From an uncultured Verrucomicrobiae bacterium (lineage in GTDB: Bacteria; Verrucomicrobiota; Verrucomicrobiia; Chthoniobacterales; UBA10450), in the NCBI GenBank assembly GCA_963735805.1, contig CAVTMK010000003.1, forward strand, positions 288,001-352,000: a stretch of DNA of 64,000 nt. The letters run 5' to 3'. The translations under genes were made by a program, and so were the position numbers. Positions 60,463 to 64,000 of the stretch are shown in pieces. The notes beneath the pieces were generated by a model. That model saw only the letters and a list, made by a program, of their open reading frames with translations. It had not been told where the DNA came from and made no database searches. Position 1 is the stretch's first letter; each line of letters begins with the position of its first letter.

Positions 60463-61988
60463 AACTGCGTTCTCCATCAGGGAGTGGCCTTCTGTCCGCC
60501 ATGTGTCTTAGGCGACTGGGAAGTCGCTGCTCATTGGTTGGAGCGCTCCTTTTCATTCCCATGGCATGCGCATCCACTGCTCCCGTCGTTATCGGCTCAA
60601 AAAAATTCACCGAATCGTATGTTCTGGGTGAAATCGCCGCGCACGCGCTGAAAGACGCCGGAATTGCTGCGGAGCATCGCCAGGGCATGGGCGGCACGAT
60701 CATTCTTTGGCAAGCGCTGCGCGGCGGCCAAATCGATGCCTACCCGGAATACACGGGAACAATCACGCAAGAAATTCTAAAAAACGGCCAACCATTATCG
60801 GTTCAGGAAATTCGAGACGCGCTTGGAAAATTCGGTGTTGGCATGACGGAGTCCCTCGGGTTCAACAATACTTACGCGCTGGTTATGCGACGCACTGAAG
60901 CGCAAGGTCTCGGTATTCGGAACATTAGTGACCTGCGAAGACACTCGGAACTCAAGATTGGACTCACTCATGAATTTCTCGATCGCCAGGATGGCTGGCG
61001 GCCATTGCGCGAGCGTTACGCGCTTCCTCAACAAAGCGTCACCGGGATCGATCATGCGCTGGGTTATGCGGCATTGGCTAATGGTTCAATTGACGTAAAG
61101 GATGCTTATTCGACCGATGCAAAGATTGAAGAAAACGATTTGGTGGTCCTGGAAGATGATTTTCGATTTTTCCCAAAGTATGAGGCCGTGTTCTTGTTTC
61201 GGTTGTCCGCGCCCGGAGATGTGATCGGCACGTTGCGCCGCCTGGAAGGGACGTTGGATGAAAAACGCATGACCCGGCTGAATGCCGAAGCGGAACGCAC
61301 TAGGAATTATACGGTCGCCGCGAACTTGTATTTTGAAGGAAGCGGAAGGTCGGCGTCCTTTGAGGGCGAATCCTTTGCACGCAAGCTTGCACGCTGGACG
61401 GCGCGTCATCTCGAGCTCGCAGGATTTTCGCTTTTGCTTTCGATAATCATTGGGATTCCGCTTGGTATCGTTGCCAGCCGCGGTGGAGTGATTGGGCATG
61501 GAATTCTGTCCTTTGCCAGTATTGTGCAAACGATTCCATCACTCGCGTTGCTGGCATTGCTCGTCCCCCTTCCCTTTTTCGGTATCAGCGTTCGGACCGC
61601 GATCGCTGCTCTGTTTCTTTACGGGTTGCTGCCGATCGTGCGGAACACTGCGAGTGGCTTGCAGGACATCCCACGATCGTTGCGCGAATCCGCCATTGCA
61701 TTGGGACTGAGCCCCGCTGTCCGGCTTTGGCGGATTTATCTGCCGATGGCGTCACGCTCGATTCTCTCAGGAATCAAGACCAGCGCGGTGATCAACATCG
61801 GCACTGCAACGCTTGCGGCATTGATCGGCGCCGGAGGTCTGGGCGAGCCGATTTTGAGTGGCCTGAATTTGAACGACAACGTAACCATCTTGGAGGGGGC
61901 TATTCCCGCAGCATTGCTTGCGCTCGTTGTGCAGTGGCTATTCGACGCGCTCGACCGCGTGTTAATTCCGAAAGGGCTGCGCCTATAA
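60459..61988 (+). CDS. Fused substrate-binding protein + permease (OpuAC/OpuB type)
   Basis: GSKKFTE, YPEYTGT, NNTYAL, YSTD; QTIPSLALL, IGAGGLG. Confidence 0.9.
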   Translation: MKLRSPSGSGLLSAMCLRRLGSRCSLVGALLFIPMACASTAPVVIGSKKFTESYVLGEIAAHALKDAGIAAEHRQGMGGTIILWQALRGGQIDAYPEYTGTITQEILKNGQPLSVQEIRDALGKFGVGMTESLGFNNTYALVMRRTEAQGLGIRNISDLRRHSELKIGLTHEFLDRQDGWRPLRERYALPQQSVTGIDHALGYAALANGSIDVKDAYSTDAKIEENDLVVLEDDFRFFPKYEAVFLFRLSAPGDVIGTLRRLEGTLDEKRMTRLNAEAERTRNYTVAANLYFEGSGRSASFEGESFARKLARWTARHLELAGFSLLLSIIIGIPLGIVASRGGVIGHGILSFASIVQTIPSLALLALLVPLPFFGISVRTAIAALFLYGLLPIVRNTASGLQDIPRSLRESAIALGLSPAVRLWRIYLPMASRSILSGIKTSAVINIGTATLAALIGAGGLGEPILSGLNLNDNVTILEGAIPAALLALVVQWLFDALDRVLIPKGLRL

Positions 61989-62100
61989 GTGGGTCGTCTT
62001 GTTCTCAAGACGATGGCCCGACGGGTCATCGGAGGCGCGAATATCGAGCGGCGCATCCGCGGGACCGTCTGCCAACGAGTTGAGGACAACGCGTTCCAGC
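61989..62100. repeat. GTGG-type REP-like doublet (degenerate)
   Basis: GTGGGTCGTCTTGTTCTCAAGACGATGGC ... GCCAACGAGTTGAGGACAACGCGTTCCAGC. Confidence 0.65.
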
Positions 62101-62143
62101 TTTGCTCATTTTCGCCGGCGCGCTTTAGTTAGACGATAGTTAT

Positions 62144-63508
62144 ATGGCAATTGCTTCGATCAATCCTGCCACAGGCGAAAAGGTGAAGGAGTTTTCTCCA
62201 TTCGACGATGGAGAAATCGAGAAACGCCTGAGTCATGCTGAGAATGCATCCAGGAAATACAGGCGAACTGCGTTCGGCCAGCGCTCGGAACTTATGGCAG
62301 CAACGGCCGAGCTGTTATTACTGGAAAAAGACAGGCTCGCCAAAATCATCACGCTCGAAATGGGCAAGTTGTACGGAGCATCATTGGAAGAGGTTCAGAA
62401 ATGCGCGCGCGGCTGTCGATTTTACGCCGACAACGCGGAGCGCTTCCTTGAGGACGAGCCTGCACAAACTGACGCAGCCCGAAGTTACGTCCGCTACGAA
62501 CCGCTGGGACCGGTTCTCGCAATCATGCCGTGGAATTTCCCGCTCTGGCAGGTGTTCCGATTCGCAGCACCGGCGCTAATGGCCGGCAACGTCGGCTTAC
62601 TGAAGCATGCCTCGAATGTGCCACAGTGCGCGCTTGCGATTGAACAAATACTTTGCCGCGCAGGATTTGATGAGGGCGTTTTCCAAACGCTCCTGATCGA
62701 ACCAGAACATGTTGAAAGGATCATTGTCGATCCGCGCGTGAAAGCTGTTACCCTGACTGGCAGCGAAAAAGCCGGAAGCACAGTCGCGAGCACGGCTGCG
62801 CGGGAGATCAAGAAAAGCGTGCTCGAGCTCGGCGGCAGCGATGCGTTTATCGTGATGCCAAGCGCGGATTTCGAAAGCGCGCTGAGTACCGCGGTCAAGG
62901 CGCGCACCATCAACGCCGGACAATCGTGTATCGCGGCGAAGCGGTTCTTCGTTGCGGACGAAATTTACGACGAGTTTCTTGACCAGTTTGTGGACAGGAT
63001 GCGCGCGTTGAAAATTGGCGACCCAATGGATCCAGCCACTGAAATTGGGCCTCTCGCGACGGAACAAATTCTGCAAGGCGTGCACGATCAGGTTCAGAAA
63101 TCGATTGCAGCAGGCGCAAAATTATTGACTGGCGGAAATCGGATTCACGGCCCGGGATTTTTCTATGAGCCAACGGTTCTCGTTGACGTCCCAAGAGAAT
63201 CGCCTGTCTCCCGGGAAGAAATTTTTGGCCCGGTCGCATCCATTTTCCGCGTAAACACCGCGGATCAGGCGATCGAGATGGCAAACGACACTTCTTTCGG
63301 TCTCGGTGCCAGCGCGTGGACAAACAATCGAGACGAACAGGAACTCTTCACATCGGATCTGGCGGCCGGAATGGTGTTCATCAACGCGATGGTCGCCTCC
63401 GATCCACGCCTTCCGTTCGGCGGTGTAAAGCGTTCCGGTTTCGGCCGCGAACTGGGCGCGGCTGGGATTCGCGAATTCACAAACACGAAAACGATTTGGA
63501 TTTCCTGA
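62144..63508 (+). CDS. NAD(P)-dependent succinate-semialdehyde dehydrogenase-like aldehyde dehydrogenase
   Basis: MPWNFP, LTGS, LELGGSD, NAGQSCIAAKR, EEIFGP, PFGGVKRSG. Confidence 0.92.
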   Translation: MAIASINPATGEKVKEFSPFDDGEIEKRLSHAENASRKYRRTAFGQRSELMAATAELLLLEKDRLAKIITLEMGKLYGASLEEVQKCARGCRFYADNAERFLEDEPAQTDAARSYVRYEPLGPVLAIMPWNFPLWQVFRFAAPALMAGNVGLLKHASNVPQCALAIEQILCRAGFDEGVFQTLLIEPEHVERIIVDPRVKAVTLTGSEKAGSTVASTAAREIKKSVLELGGSDAFIVMPSADFESALSTAVKARTINAGQSCIAAKRFFVADEIYDEFLDQFVDRMRALKIGDPMDPATEIGPLATEQILQGVHDQVQKSIAAGAKLLTGGNRIHGPGFFYEPTVLVDVPRESPVSREEIFGPVASIFRVNTADQAIEMANDTSFGLGASAWTNNRDEQELFTSDLAAGMVFINAMVASDPRLPFGGVKRSGFGRELGAAGIREFTNTKTIWIS

Positions 63509-63527
63509 GAAGTGGGACCGGAATGGT

Positions 63528-64000
63528 TCACCAACTCCAGGATACTCCGCCGTAGAACGAGCGCCCGTCGCCTGGATGAAAAATTTCAGGATTCGGTTCG
63601 GTGCGTGCGTCTGCGATCACATCGATAGACGCCGCATAATGCTGATCTGTCAGGTTCCTGCAATCGATAAAGATCGAGAAGCCGTTGGGCCGTCGAAAAC
63701 CCGCACGGAAACCAAGCAGCACATAACTATCCGCAAAGAGCGTGTTCGCCTCATCAACTGGGTAACGTGAAAGGTTACACTGCAGATTTGGTCCCGCATA
63801 GAAACCAGACGGGCTTTGGTAAAGCAGTTGCGCTTCATAAACGTGAACCGGGATCCCCGGGAGGCGATTGTCGCCATAAACAGTGTTTTCATCGAAATGG
63901 AAATCGTTGAGCGTGTAGTTCTGATCGAACGACAAACGATCGCCTGCGCGATCCGGCTGTTTCGACACCAGAATATTCCTAAGCAATTCAACTTCCAGGC
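63528..64000 (-). CDS. TonB-dependent receptor, C-terminal part (runs off window)
   Basis: NRLPGIP, RNLTDQHY, PGDGRSFYGGVSWSW with terminal aromatic residue. Confidence 0.85.
   Translation of the reverse strand, partial: LEVELLRNILVSKQPDRAGDRLSFDQNYTLNDFHFDENTVYGDNRLPGIPVHVYEAQLLYQSPSGFYAGPNLQCNLSRYPVDEANTLFADSYVLLGFRAGFRRPNGFSIFIDCRNLTDQHYAASIDVIADARTEPNPEIFHPGDGRSFYGGVSWSW

Overview
64-kb bacterial chromosomal window with no rRNA, tRNA, CRISPR-cas or recognisable transposase/integrase. Gene content (two DUF5069 genes, PadR + duplicated ABC permease, TolB-like/TPR proteins, ECF sigma + Ser/Thr kinase) suggests a soil Verrucomicrobiota (Chthoniobacterales-like) genome; this is inference. The left ~38 kb is an accessory mosaic of intact genes, pseudogenes and short gene remnants. 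The right part is more housekeeping-like (thiC with TPP riboswitch, amidase, glgA, mntH/mntR, rpsN, Ku, tatA, ACP, egtB-egtD plus ABC transporter, SSDH). The best candidate for an undescribed system lies at 8.3-14.3 kb: eight copies of a 29-bp bulged hairpin (ACCGCGTAAAAGGCTTCGCCTCACGCGGT) bracket a small GIY-YIG nuclease gene, precede two 7-codon GIY-YIG start stubs, sit at gene truncation points and partition neighbouring genes into cassette-like units. Other highlights: an unannotated 27-aa orphan PqqA-like peptide, REP-like palindromes read in frame inside thiC and egtB, short diverged 'echo' copies of nearby genes, and an ECF/kinase module flanked by direct repeats. All calls come from motif recognition by eye; no searches were run.
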